Assembly: GCA_041688355.1 (NCBI GenBank)
Contig: JBDNIL010000161.1
Location: 2,220 to 66,219 of the forward strand
DNA from: Verrucomicrobiales bacterium
GTDB taxonomy: Bacteria > Verrucomicrobiota > Verrucomicrobiia > Verrucomicrobiales > DEV007
DNA length: 64,000 nt
Direction of reading: 5' to 3'
Shown in pieces: positions 17,620-26,894 of the stretch (position 1 is its first letter; every line of letters starts with the position of its first letter). The translations under genes were made by a program, and so were the position numbers. The notes under the pieces were generated by a model, which was not told the DNA's origin, ran no database searches, and saw only the letters and a program-made list of their open reading frames with translations.

Positions 17620-19917
17620 ATGACTCCTCCCCGGAACTTTCTCCCCGCGATCCTCCTCTCCGCTGCGGTCGTCTCCCTCCCGGCAGAGGAGGCCCCGAAA
17701 TGGCCCGTCCTCACCCCGGCAACCGTCTCCGCTCCGCTCCCCGGCACGACCCTGCTAACCGATCCCGGCGACCTCAGTCTCGCCCTCCACCACGCCAACG
17801 ACCGCTTCCTCGACGCGGAGATCGAGCGGGCAAAGGCGGACCGGGGGAAGTTCTGGAATCGCGATTTTTCCTCGCCCGAGGCGTATGCGAAATCCGTCGC
17901 GCCGAATCGGGAGGGGCTGGTGAAAATGCTCGGGCTGGATCGGGAGACGCGACCGGCCCCGGAGGGAGGGAATCGCTTTCTCTATGTCTCGACCGACCCG
18001 CTAACAAAGGCCGACACTCCCTCAGCCGTGACCTGGCAGGCCTTTGGGGACGTGCATGGTGACGGGGTCGTCTTTCTTCCCGCAGGCGGGATCAAGGCCG
18101 ATGTCGTTCTGCTCCCGGACGCCGAAAATCAGGACTCCGTTTTCCCCGCCGCCGCCTCCCTCGCCCGCAGCGGCTGCCGGGTTCTCGTCGTGGGCCTCGT
18201 GGATCGTGGAGAAAACGAACACCAGCTCAGCCGACGGGAATGGGTGCAGCGATCCGCCTTTCTGTTAGGACGCACGATGACGGGCTACGAGGTGCTGAAG
18301 ATCCAGTCCGCGATCGACTGTCTCGTCTCGAGTCGAGAGGGATTCCGCCCTATCGGAATCATCGGCCACGGGGAAGGCGGTCGCCTCGCTCTCTTCGCCG
18401 CTGCCATCGATCCACGCATCGACACCGTTGCGGTAAGCGGTGCCTTCGGACCGCGCGAGCAACTCTGGAAGGAACCGGCTGACCGCAATGTCTTCGGGCT
18501 GCTCCGCGAATTCGGCGATGCCGAGTTGGCCAGTCTCACCACTCCGCGATCGCTCCTCATCGAGTGCGGGGCGTACCCGAAATACGGATACCGCGCGAGC
18601 GGGGATCTGGAACTCGATTTCGAAAACCGCGGCAAGCTCCCGGGCAAACCGGGCATGCTCCCGACTCCCTCCACCGAGGATGTCATCGCGGAGCTCAATC
18701 GACTCTCGACCCTCGCGCCCAACTCCAGGACAGAATTGGTGATCAGTCCCGAGGCACTGTCCAGTGAAACGATCTCACTTTTTCTCACAAATCTCGGCCT
18801 CACCGCGGCAGATCCGATCCCGACGCAGAGCGACGTTGTCTTCCCCTCTTCCCCCGACCGCACCAACGAACTCGTCCGCCACAATCAACTCGCCCTCATC
18901 GACGCGGCGGCGGATCGGACCCGCTACTTCGCCGACCTCGAGACGGATACGCTCGAGAATTTCGAAAAAACGATCGAACCCTACCGCGAAAAATTTCGCA
19001 CCGGGGTCATCGGCGATTTCGAGCGTCCCCTGCTGCCTCCCAACGCCCGCACCCGACCCTATCAGGTCGGTGACAAGACCGTGTCATACGAGGTCGTCCT
19101 TGATGTCACGGAGAGCGGCGGCGAGACCGTCTTCGCCTACGGAATCCTGACACTGCCAAAAGACATCGACCTGACCTCGGGCGAAAAGCGCCCCGTCGTC
19201 GTCTGCCAGCACGGGCTCGAGGGCACCCCGCAGGATGTTATCGGCGAGGCCAAATACGACGCCTACAAGGCCTACGCGACGCGGCTCGCCGAGCGTGGGT
19301 TCATCACCTTCGCCCCGCAGAACAGCTACAAGTATTTCGACCTCTTCCGCATGCAGCAGTTCAAGGCGCAGAGCATCGGCAAGACCCTCTTTTCGATCAT
19401 CGTGCCGCAGCACCGGCAGATCACCGACTGGCTCGCGGAGCAGCCCTGGGTCGACGGGGAAAAGATCGCCTTTTACGGGCTCAGCTACGGCGGCAAATCG
19501 GCGATGCGCATCCCCCCGCTCGTGGATCGCTACTGCCTCTCGATCTGCTCGGCGGACTTCAACGAGTGGGTCTGGAAAAACGCCGCGACGGATACCGCCT
19601 CATTGCGCTACAGCTACGCGAACAAAGGCGAATACGAGATCTTCGAATGGAATCTCGGCGGGACTTTCAACTACGCCGAGATGGCCGCGCTGATCTGCCC
19701 GCGCCCCTTCATGGTGGAGCGCGGGCACTTCGACGGGGTCGGACCCGACGAGCAAGTCGCCTTCGAATTCGCGAAAGTGCGGAATCTCTACGCCGCCCGC
19801 CTCGGACTGGCGGACCGCTGCGAGATCGAGTGGTTCGCCGGCCCGCACTCCATCCACGCGGTCGGGACCTACGACTTCCTCCACCGCCATCTCGGCTGGC
19901 CGGTGCCGGAGAAATAA
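17620..19917 (+). CDS. Secreted tandem alpha/beta-hydrolase-fold protein (C-terminal dienelactone-hydrolase/peptidase S9-like module)
   Basis: Signal peptide MTPPRNFLPAILLSAAVVSLPA. The C-terminal module has the nucleophile elbow GLSYG (19477-19491). The N-terminal module has GHGEG (18364-18378) where GxSxG is expected. Confidence 0.7.
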   Translation: MTPPRNFLPAILLSAAVVSLPAEEAPKWPVLTPATVSAPLPGTTLLTDPGDLSLALHHANDRFLDAEIERAKADRGKFWNRDFSSPEAYAKSVAPNREGLVKMLGLDRETRPAPEGGNRFLYVSTDPLTKADTPSAVTWQAFGDVHGDGVVFLPAGGIKADVVLLPDAENQDSVFPAAASLARSGCRVLVVGLVDRGENEHQLSRREWVQRSAFLLGRTMTGYEVLKIQSAIDCLVSSREGFRPIGIIGHGEGGRLALFAAAIDPRIDTVAVSGAFGPREQLWKEPADRNVFGLLREFGDAELASLTTPRSLLIECGAYPKYGYRASGDLELDFENRGKLPGKPGMLPTPSTEDVIAELNRLSTLAPNSRTELVISPEALSSETISLFLTNLGLTAADPIPTQSDVVFPSSPDRTNELVRHNQLALIDAAADRTRYFADLETDTLENFEKTIEPYREKFRTGVIGDFERPLLPPNARTRPYQVGDKTVSYEVVLDVTESGGETVFAYGILTLPKDIDLTSGEKRPVVVCQHGLEGTPQDVIGEAKYDAYKAYATRLAERGFITFAPQNSYKYFDLFRMQQFKAQSIGKTLFSIIVPQHRQITDWLAEQPWVDGEKIAFYGLSYGGKSAMRIPPLVDRYCLSICSADFNEWVWKNAATDTASLRYSYANKGEYEIFEWNLGGTFNYAEMAALICPRPFMVERGHFDGVGPDEQVAFEFAKVRNLYAARLGLADRCEIEWFAGPHSIHAVGTYDFLHRHLGWPVPEK

Positions 19918-19998
19918 AGACGGCCCTCAGGGAAGCCGGACGTGACGGGAAAAGGGGTTGATTTTCCCCTCTGGAGATACTAAGTATTCCGAGATATT

Positions 19999-20829
19999 AT
20001 GGAAAATCTTCCTGTTTGGGTTTCGGTTGTACTTTTGGGTCTTATTGAGGGCATAACCGAGTTCCTGCCCATCTCCTCGACGGGACATCTCCTCATCCCG
20101 CAGAATCTCGGCTGGCTGCCCCGTCAGTCCGATCTCTTTTCCATCGTCATCCAGAGCGGAGCCGTCCTCGCGGTCGTCGCGGTCTTTGCCGAGCGCATCA
20201 AGCACCTCGCCTCGACCCTGCGGGAACGGGAGACGCGGGACTATCTCGCAAAACTGGCTCTCGCCTTTTTTGTCACCGCCGTCGGTGGACTCATCATCAA
20301 GAAGCTGGACGTCGAACTCCCCGAAACCATCGCTCCGGTGGCCTGGGCGACTTTCATCGGGGCCTTTGTCATCTTCGGCGTCGAGTTCTGGCGCAAGGGC
20401 CACCCCGGCGAACCGTCAGTGAGCTGGACCATGGCGATTGCCGTCGGCCTCGCCCAGATCCTCGCGGCGGTCTTTCCGGGGACGTCCCGCTCCGGAGCCA
20501 GCATCCTCATCGCGATGGCGCTCGGTGCAGCGCGACCGGCAGCGACAGAGTTCTCCTTTCTCCTCGGGGTGCCCACGCTGATGGCGGCAGGGGCCTTCCA
20601 GATCTTCTCCTCGGTTCAGGAAGGCCACGGCGGCAGCGAAGACTGGGCCATGGTCGCCCTCGGGACGGTCGTCTCGGCGATCTCGGCGTTCATCGTGGTG
20701 AAATGGCTCATCCATTTCGTGCAGAGCCACACCTTCAACGGCTTCGCCTGGTATCGGCTCGTCATGGGGGCTGCGCTCCTCATCTATGTGGCGATGCAGA
20801 CCAATGCCGAGGCCGGGGTGACGGACTAA
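19999..20829 (+). CDS. uppP: Undecaprenyl-diphosphate phosphatase
   Basis: Hallmark N-terminus LLGLIEGITEFLPISSTGHLLI, plus SRSGASI and multiple TM helices. 276 aa. Confidence 0.95.
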   Translation: MENLPVWVSVVLLGLIEGITEFLPISSTGHLLIPQNLGWLPRQSDLFSIVIQSGAVLAVVAVFAERIKHLASTLRERETRDYLAKLALAFFVTAVGGLIIKKLDVELPETIAPVAWATFIGAFVIFGVEFWRKGHPGEPSVSWTMAIAVGLAQILAAVFPGTSRSGASILIAMALGAARPAATEFSFLLGVPTLMAAGAFQIFSSVQEGHGGSEDWAMVALGTVVSAISAFIVVKWLIHFVQSHTFNGFAWYRLVMGAALLIYVAMQTNAEAGVTD

Positions 20830-20851
20830 CATACATCCGGAAGGCTACCCT

Positions 20852-21811
20852 TTGAAAAAGTTCTACCATCTCCACGCCGGCAAACTTCTCGAAACAGAGG
20901 AGGTAGGCGATTCCGTCTGGATCGATCTTTATTCCCCCTCGCGGGAGGAGGAGGTCGAACTCGAAAAACTACTCGGTATCGAGCTCCCCACTCGCGAGGA
21001 CATGGAGGAGATCGAGATCTCGAGCCGACTCTACGAAGAGGACGGCGCCGTCTTCATGACCGTGCAGTTGCCCTCGGCGACGGAGGACGACGCCACCCAG
21101 ATGGGCCCGGTGACCTTCGTCCTCGTCGCGGGTAAACTCATCACGATCCGCTACCACGATCCCCGCACTTTCAACACCTTTCCCGCGCGGGCCGCCCGCA
21201 CCGGCATCACCGGCATCACCGGGGAGATGGTCTTCCTCGCGCTCCTCGAGGCGCTCGTCGATCGTCTCGCCGACATCATCGAGCGTGCCGGGCACAATGT
21301 CACGCCGATCTCGCGCAGCATCTTCCAGGCGGTCGATCCGCGGATCGCGCGAACCCGGAACTACAAGTCTTTCCTCGAGACGATCGGCCGTGCCGGGGAT
21401 CTCATCTCGGACATTCGCGACAGCCTCATGACCCTCGATCGGGCGGTCGGCTTCTACGCCCAGCACATCGTGCGCCGCGAGGGCACCGAAGAACAGCGTG
21501 GCCGCATCAAGACGATCACGCGAGATCTTCACTCGATCGGAGACCACGCGAGCTTTCTCGCGAGTAAGATCACCCTGCTCCTCGACGCCACTCTCGGCAT
21601 GATCAGCATCGAGCAAAATGCGATCATTAAGATCTTCTCCGTCGCTGCGGTCGTCTTCCTGCCCCCCACCCTCGTCGCCTCGATCTACGGGATGAATTAC
21701 AAATTCATGCCCGAGCTGGAATGGCATTTTGGTTATCCTTTCGCGATTGGCCTGATGATCCTCTCGGCCCTGCTTCCCTATTGGTTTTTCAAACGCAAGG
21801 GCTGGTTGTGA
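20852..21811 (+). CDS. corA: CorA-family magnesium/cobalt transporter
   Basis: YGMNY (GMN signature) precedes the last TM helix. The C-terminal FFKRKGWL is typical of CorA. 319 aa. Confidence 0.9.
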   Translation: MKKFYHLHAGKLLETEEVGDSVWIDLYSPSREEEVELEKLLGIELPTREDMEEIEISSRLYEEDGAVFMTVQLPSATEDDATQMGPVTFVLVAGKLITIRYHDPRTFNTFPARAARTGITGITGEMVFLALLEALVDRLADIIERAGHNVTPISRSIFQAVDPRIARTRNYKSFLETIGRAGDLISDIRDSLMTLDRAVGFYAQHIVRREGTEEQRGRIKTITRDLHSIGDHASFLASKITLLLDATLGMISIEQNAIIKIFSVAAVVFLPPTLVASIYGMNYKFMPELEWHFGYPFAIGLMILSALLPYWFFKRKGWL

Positions 21812-21916
21812 GCGGAGAGGGCGTCGTTGATCGCCCGATCGTGAGCACCATCGCGAGTGTCCTCGGCTACTACTACGGGGTGAAGTGGAATCGCGAGTAT
21901 TTCTGTTAGTCGCGGC

Positions 21917-23026
21917 TCAACAGTGCTTCTCGAGGATGGCCCGCATCTTCCCTTCGCGGGCCTCGATGCTCTCGCACAGCGCGAACTGAACCCGAGCCCG
22001 ATTGAGATTCTGTCCCTCGTGACCGACCTTGAAATAGACGTCCCCGGCAAGGTAATCGGCAAAGAAACGCAGCCCCAACTCGAACGCGATGAGCCGGATC
22101 GAGTCGTAAAGATAGTGCTTGTCGGCATCAGTGAGGAAGCCCTTCGCTTCGGTGAGATAACCCCGCACGAGCGCTTCGAAGAGATCGAGATCGAGGAAGA
22201 CTTCACTGAGATCGCTCGTCTCCTCCCCCGCCGGATTGCAGCCGCTGCGCACCGCGTCGCCGATGTCGTAGTGGATCAAACCCGGCTTCACCGTGTCGAG
22301 ATCGACGATGGCGGTCCCCTTTCCGGTGAAGTTGTCTATCATCACGTTCGTGATCTTCGGGTCCCCGTGGATCGGACGCAGATGGATCTCGCCCCGCTCG
22401 CGGGCCGACTCGAGGACCCCGACAAAATCGCGCCGCTTTTCAACAAACTGGTGGAGACGCCGTGCCTCCGAGACCGCTGCGAGACGGGCCTTTGCCTCGG
22501 CATTCTCGAGGGTCCGGTCGTAGCCCTCGAGATAGAGCGGCGCGATGTGAAAACCCGGCAGCGTGTCCGCGAGCCCATCGATGGGGAAGTCCGAGATGAT
22601 GCGCTGGAAGTGCCCGAGAACCCGCCCCGCCTCGGCCGCGTGCTCGGGGATGGTGAGCTTCTCGTAGTTCGTCGTGCTCGCGATCATGGAGAGGGCGCGC
22701 CAGTAGCCGCCCTTCGCATCGACGACGAAGTCGGTCCCGTCCTTCGCCGGGATCACCCGCGGCAACTGCCAGATGCGGTCGGCATGGTCGGCCTCTTCCT
22801 CGATGCGGCGATGGGCGTGATCGGTGACGGCCTTCATGTTCGCCATGACCGCCGCCGGATCCTTGAAAACTGCCTGATTGATACGCTGCAGGATGTATTG
22901 CTCCTCCGAGAACGTCGTCCGCAGGATCACACGGTAGGTGTCATTGACATTGCCCGAGCCGATCGGCTGGAGCGCGACAAGGCGGCCGGGGACATCAAAC
23001 TGCGTGGCAATGGTCTCTGCGATCAT
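21917..23026 (-). CDS. APH-fold sugar anomeric kinase, N-acetylhexosamine 1-kinase (NahK)-like
   Basis: By my recollection of Bifidobacterium NahK, these blocks align: YILQRINQAVFKDP, HGDPKITNVMID...AIVDLDTVKPGLIHYDIGDAVR, LGLRFFADYLAGDVYF. Confidence 0.75.
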   Translation of the reverse strand: MIAETIATQFDVPGRLVALQPIGSGNVNDTYRVILRTTFSEEQYILQRINQAVFKDPAAVMANMKAVTDHAHRRIEEEADHADRIWQLPRVIPAKDGTDFVVDAKGGYWRALSMIASTTNYEKLTIPEHAAEAGRVLGHFQRIISDFPIDGLADTLPGFHIAPLYLEGYDRTLENAEAKARLAAVSEARRLHQFVEKRRDFVGVLESARERGEIHLRPIHGDPKITNVMIDNFTGKGTAIVDLDTVKPGLIHYDIGDAVRSGCNPAGEETSDLSEVFLDLDLFEALVRGYLTEAKGFLTDADKHYLYDSIRLIAFELGLRFFADYLAGDVYFKVGHEGQNLNRARVQFALCESIEAREGKMRAILEKHC

Positions 23027-23106
23027 AGAAATGGGGGGAGCGGGAATAGCGACGCTGTTTGGGGGGGGAAGTCAACTTTTATCCCGCAGGGCGCAACGGG
23101 CGCGCG

Positions 23107-24886
23107 GTGACTCATAATTTAAAAACACCGAAGGAGGAATTTGAAAGAAGGCGTTTGAGGCGGAAAAAGTTACGCTGTCATCGCCAATTGCAAGGAGATC
23201 ACTTTTTCATCCCTTCCGCATTCTTGTCACCCTTGGGCCGGGGAAGGAGAGGGTTCAGCGAGCGACTCACAGTGGTCTTGTGACAAGCGGCGGGACAAAC
23301 GTCTCCGCACCGTGGTGGCGCGTTTTCTGGATTCGCCCGCCCGCAGCATTCAGGCTGCCTACGCAGGATGGGCCGAATCAATGGCTGCCTATCGGCTCTT
23401 TAACAACAAAGCGGTGACCCTTGAGCGCGTCCTTCGTCCTCATCAGAGCGCCACCGTGGAACGGGTTCGCGCCCACCGCAGTGTTGCCCTCATTCAGGAT
23501 ACCACAGAGCTGGATTTCACCCCCGGGAAACATCTTCAGGGAAGCGGGCTGTTCGGGGCAAGTGACAATCCGCGTCGCGGATGGTTTCTCCACTCTCAAT
23601 TCGCAGTAAGTGAGGATCGTCTCCCTCTGGGCGTTTACAGCACCAATCTCTATGCCCGTGCTGATCTCCCGCCGGGCCAATCCAGACCGGACAACCATTG
23701 CCTGCCCATTGAGGAAAAAGAGAGCAACCGCTGGCTCCTCGGCTATCGCCAAGCTTGCGAACTCGGGGTCGCGGTCGGCGAAGGAGTGGAAATATTTTCC
23801 GTCAGTGATCGCGAGGGCGACATCTACGAAATCTTCGAGCATCGCGAGCTTTTGCTCTCGACCGCAGTCGAGGGCAGTCCCGCGCCAGCTCACTGGATCG
23901 TCTGCGCAGCCAAGGATAGAGTCCTCGTCGACGAGGATGGTGAGATCGGTGAGAATCCGGCCCGACTCTTTGAGAGGGCCGCACAGGGATCGCTTCCGGG
24001 CATCGTTGAATTCAACATCACCGGCAAGACAAAGAGCCGCAAAATCAGTCGGATGAAAACGGAAACGACGACGGTGAGAAGTCGGCGTCAGGTGCGTCAG
24101 GAGATTAGAATATCCAAGGTGACGCCGCGCATCCCGCGAAGAATAGGCGGGAAAAAACTTGTCCCGGTCTGCTACTGGGTCATCAGCGTGGTGGAACTCG
24201 ATCCGCCCGAGGGAGAAAAGCCCATTTCCCGGGTCCTCCTGACGAGTTTTGAAGTCGGCGATCTGGAGGCAGCCCGTCGTATCCTGCGACTGTATCTGGC
24301 GAGATGGGATATCGAAGTCTTTCACCGGGTCTTGAAAACCGGATGCCGCGTTGAAGAAATCCAGCTCAAAACCGAAGAAGCGCTTCGCCCGTGTCTCGCA
24401 CTTTATTTGATTGTTGCCTGGCGAATCCTTTATCTGACGCACCTGGGCCGTGAATGTCCCGACCTGCCCTGTTCGGTGGTCTTTGAAGAGGCTGAATGGA
24501 AATCGGTCGCCGCCATTGCGGTGAAGCGGAAGATGAAAGTGGCCATGGAACTCGGAGGCAAAGAACCCGATCTGTCACGGATGATTTATCTTGTGGCTAT
24601 CTTCGGCGACTATCCTGGTTGCAACAAAGATGGACCGCCAGGTCCGCAGTCGATGTGGCAGGGACTAACCCGGGTGCGTGATTTTGCAATCGCTTGGAAA
24701 GCGTTCGGCAAGTAACCCCGGACGGGGCGTCTGGCCGCGTCAAGAACCTACGACTGAGAGTCAAAAGGCCGTCGAAGACCTATCCGCAGCAGCTCGGGAG
24801 GTCGCAAAGTCACTCGACCACACGGAAAAATCGTAACCCTCCAATGCGTAGCTTCACTCCAGCCGCAAAATTTGTATAAGGCTCAG
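23107..24886 (+). mobile_element. IS4-family (IS50/Tn5-like) insertion sequence; boundaries tentative, possibly decaying
   Basis: The reverse complement of 24868-24886 is CTGAGCCTTATACAAATTT, close to the Tn5 outside end CTGACTCTTATACACAAGT as I remember it. A weaker left-end candidate gTGACTCATAA lies at 23107. No target-site duplication was found. Confidence 0.35.
23312..24715 (+). CDS. IS4/Tn5-like DDE transposase (N-terminus lacks a canonical start codon)
   Basis: DDE residues in IQDTTELDF and SDREGDIYE. Y-x2-R-x3-E-x6-K signature in YLARWDIEVFHRVLK. The frame stays open upstream to 23159 and still encodes transposase-like N-terminal sequence (WAGEGEG...CDKRRDKRLRT), but there is no ATG/GTG/TTG before the GTG at 23312. 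Confidence 0.8.
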   Translation: MVARFLDSPARSIQAAYAGWAESMAAYRLFNNKAVTLERVLRPHQSATVERVRAHRSVALIQDTTELDFTPGKHLQGSGLFGASDNPRRGWFLHSQFAVSEDRLPLGVYSTNLYARADLPPGQSRPDNHCLPIEEKESNRWLLGYRQACELGVAVGEGVEIFSVSDREGDIYEIFEHRELLLSTAVEGSPAPAHWIVCAAKDRVLVDEDGEIGENPARLFERAAQGSLPGIVEFNITGKTKSRKISRMKTETTTVRSRRQVRQEIRISKVTPRIPRRIGGKKLVPVCYWVISVVELDPPEGEKPISRVLLTSFEVGDLEAARRILRLYLARWDIEVFHRVLKTGCRVEEIQLKTEEALRPCLALYLIVAWRILYLTHLGRECPDLPCSVVFEEAEWKSVAAIAVKRKMKVAMELGGKEPDLSRMIYLVAIFGDYPGCNKDGPPGPQSMWQGLTRVRDFAIAWKAFGK

Positions 24887-24924
24887 GTCACAGACCCCGG
24901 CTACAGGCCTCAGAGCGACGATCC

Positions 24925-26169
24925 TCAGCTCCCCCATCCCTCCGCTGCCGACTCGCCGGCGATGTGCCCAGTGGTCCAGGCGGATTGGAAATTGAAGCCT
25001 CCGGTGACGCCGTCGACGTCGATGACCTCGCCGGCAAAATAGAGTCCGGGGGTGCGGCGGCTTTCCATCGTTTTGAAGTCGATCTCTTTCAGGGCGACTC
25101 CGCCGGCGGTGACAAACTCGTCTTTGTTGAGGCTCTGCCCCTGGACGCGGAATCGACTGGCGGTGACCTCGGCGGCGAGGCGCTGGCGGGACTCGCGGGT
25201 GAGATTGGACCAGGTCAGCTCGGCGGGGATACCCGAGTCTTCGGCGAGACGGTGCCAGAGCCGCGACGGCATCGTGATCCCCGGCAGGCAGTTGCGGACG
25301 CGGCGCTTCGGTGCACTGTCCCGAGCCTCGACGAGCATTGCCTCGAGCTTGTCCCCGGATAGCGCACCACACCAGTTGATGACCACTTCGAACTGGTAGT
25401 CCTTTTCCGCCAGTTCACGGGCCCCCCGGGCGGAGAGTTTGAGGATGGCGGGGCCACTGAGCCCCCAGTGAGTAATGAGGCATGGTCCCTCGGTTCGGAG
25501 TTTCGTCCCCGGGATACTTGCCACGACCTCCTCGACGGCGATGCCGGAAAGCCCTTCGAGACGGCGGTCGGGAATTTTGAAAGTAAAGAGAGAGGCTGCC
25601 GCCGGGACGATCTCGTGGCCAAGGGTTCCGGCGAGGCGGACTCCGGCATTGTTCCGCGTGCCGCCGGTGGCGAGGAGGACGGAGCGACTGGAAAGCGTCG
25701 AGCCATCCTTGAGATCCACGAGCCAGCGTTCTCCGGAGCGGCAGAGCCGGTCGGCCTCGCTGTGATAGCGCACTTCTATGCCATGCTCGCGCGTTGCGGA
25801 CATGAGACAGTCGATCACGGTCTGCGAGTCATCGGTGACGGGGAAGATACGTCCATCACTCTCGGTCTTGAGGGTGACCCCTCGCTTTTGGAACCAGTCG
25901 ACCGTGTCCTGCGCTCCGAAGCGATGAAAGGGCCCGATGAGATTGCGCTCGCCCCTCGGGTAATGAGTCGTGAGCCGCTTCGCATCAAAGCAGGCGTGGG
26001 TCACATTGCAGCGACCACCGCCGGAGATCTTCACTTTCCCCAGAACCGTCGAAGTTTTTTCGAGGATGCAGACACGAGCCCCGGGTGCCTCTTCCGCAAA
26101 GGCTATCGCCCCGAAAAAGCCGGCCGCACCGCCGCCGATGGCGACAAAGTCATATTCAGATGGGGACAT
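24925..26169 (-). CDS. HI0933/BaiN-like NAD(P)/FAD-dependent oxidoreductase
   Basis: DFVAIGGGAAGFFGAI dinucleotide fold and the family-typical ISGGGRCNVTH. 414 aa. Confidence 0.85.
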   Translation of the reverse strand: MSPSEYDFVAIGGGAAGFFGAIAFAEEAPGARVCILEKTSTVLGKVKISGGGRCNVTHACFDAKRLTTHYPRGERNLIGPFHRFGAQDTVDWFQKRGVTLKTESDGRIFPVTDDSQTVIDCLMSATREHGIEVRYHSEADRLCRSGERWLVDLKDGSTLSSRSVLLATGGTRNNAGVRLAGTLGHEIVPAAASLFTFKIPDRRLEGLSGIAVEEVVASIPGTKLRTEGPCLITHWGLSGPAILKLSARGARELAEKDYQFEVVINWCGALSGDKLEAMLVEARDSAPKRRVRNCLPGITMPSRLWHRLAEDSGIPAELTWSNLTRESRQRLAAEVTASRFRVQGQSLNKDEFVTAGGVALKEIDFKTMESRRTPGLYFAGEVIDVDGVTGGFNFQSAWTTGHIAGESAAEGWGS

Positions 26170-26284
26170 CGGATCAGGGAAACATTCAGAGGAAACCGAT
26201 CCGCAGCAAAGCCGCCTCTCCCCTGCTTGTAAAGGTCGGGAAATTTTCCTTTTTTGGCGAGCCTGCTTTGCTTAGGGTTGCGCA

Positions 26285-26791
26285 ATGCTTCGCGACTATC
26301 ACCGCAGTCTCATCCGCTGGCTCTTCGGGATCGGCCTGCTGGGCATCTCGTATCATCTCGCCACGGCGGGCTATGAGGCGGGAGCATTTTCCCGCATCCT
26401 CGGCGGGGCCGCCCTCTTCGTGGTGGGAATCATGTTCCTCTGGAAGACGATCTTCTACCTCGCGACCCGCCCGCTCACGAGCATGGTCGATTCGCTCTTT
26501 TTTCCCGGCGGCAGATTGGCCAAACCGCTCCTGAATCTCAAGCTCCCGGCCTACTACGTCAACGAAGGCCGCTACGCCGAGGCGCTCGTGGAGTATCGGA
26601 AGGTCCTCAAGCACTACCCCGACGAGGTCGAGGCCTACGAAAAAACGATCTGGCTACTCCACGACGTCTTTGAAGATCCTAACGGTGCCAAAAAACTCAT
26701 CCGCAGGGCGAAAAAGCGCCGACTCACTCTCGACGAACGCGTCGTCCGAAGTGTTTCCGAATCTAGTGGCTTCACCCAGCTCGAACAATAA
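26285..26791 (+). CDS. Hypothetical membrane protein with a TPR-like C-terminal segment
   Basis: Two N-terminal TM helices, then YYVNEGRYAEALVEYRKVLKHYPDEVEAYEK. No family recognised. Confidence 0.55.
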   Translation: MLRDYHRSLIRWLFGIGLLGISYHLATAGYEAGAFSRILGGAALFVVGIMFLWKTIFYLATRPLTSMVDSLFFPGGRLAKPLLNLKLPAYYVNEGRYAEALVEYRKVLKHYPDEVEAYEKTIWLLHDVFEDPNGAKKLIRRAKKRRLTLDERVVRSVSESSGFTQLEQ

Positions 26792-26811
26792 CCCCCAATC
26801 CCCAATCCCCT

Positions 26812-26853
26812 CCCCAAAAACAAAAAACGCCGCAGTCGTGAAACCGCGGCGCC
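26812..26853 (-). terminator. Likely intrinsic terminator of the glutamine synthetase gene
   Basis: A 6-bp GC stem (26828-26833 pairs with 26846-26851) is followed, on the minus strand, by TTTTTTGTTTTT. Confidence 0.5.
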
Positions 26854-26894
26854 TTTGTTGGTGGGAAACGTGTGACGTTGCTAGATCGATAGGA

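Noticed and set aside
21923-23110. 395-aa plus-strand ORF, and similar long antisense ORFs (50817..52637, 35016..35627, 38351..39661, 32699..33778).
   Set aside because: GC-rich shadow frames opposite genes with strong family motifs (NahK-like kinase, M1 peptidase, DUF1552-like protein, FtsK-like ATPase, Ser/Thr kinase).
23098-24895. Search for a 9-bp target-site duplication flanking the proposed IS ends.
   Set aside because: The flanking 9-mers differ (gggcgcgcg versus gtcacagac), so the IS boundaries stay tentative.
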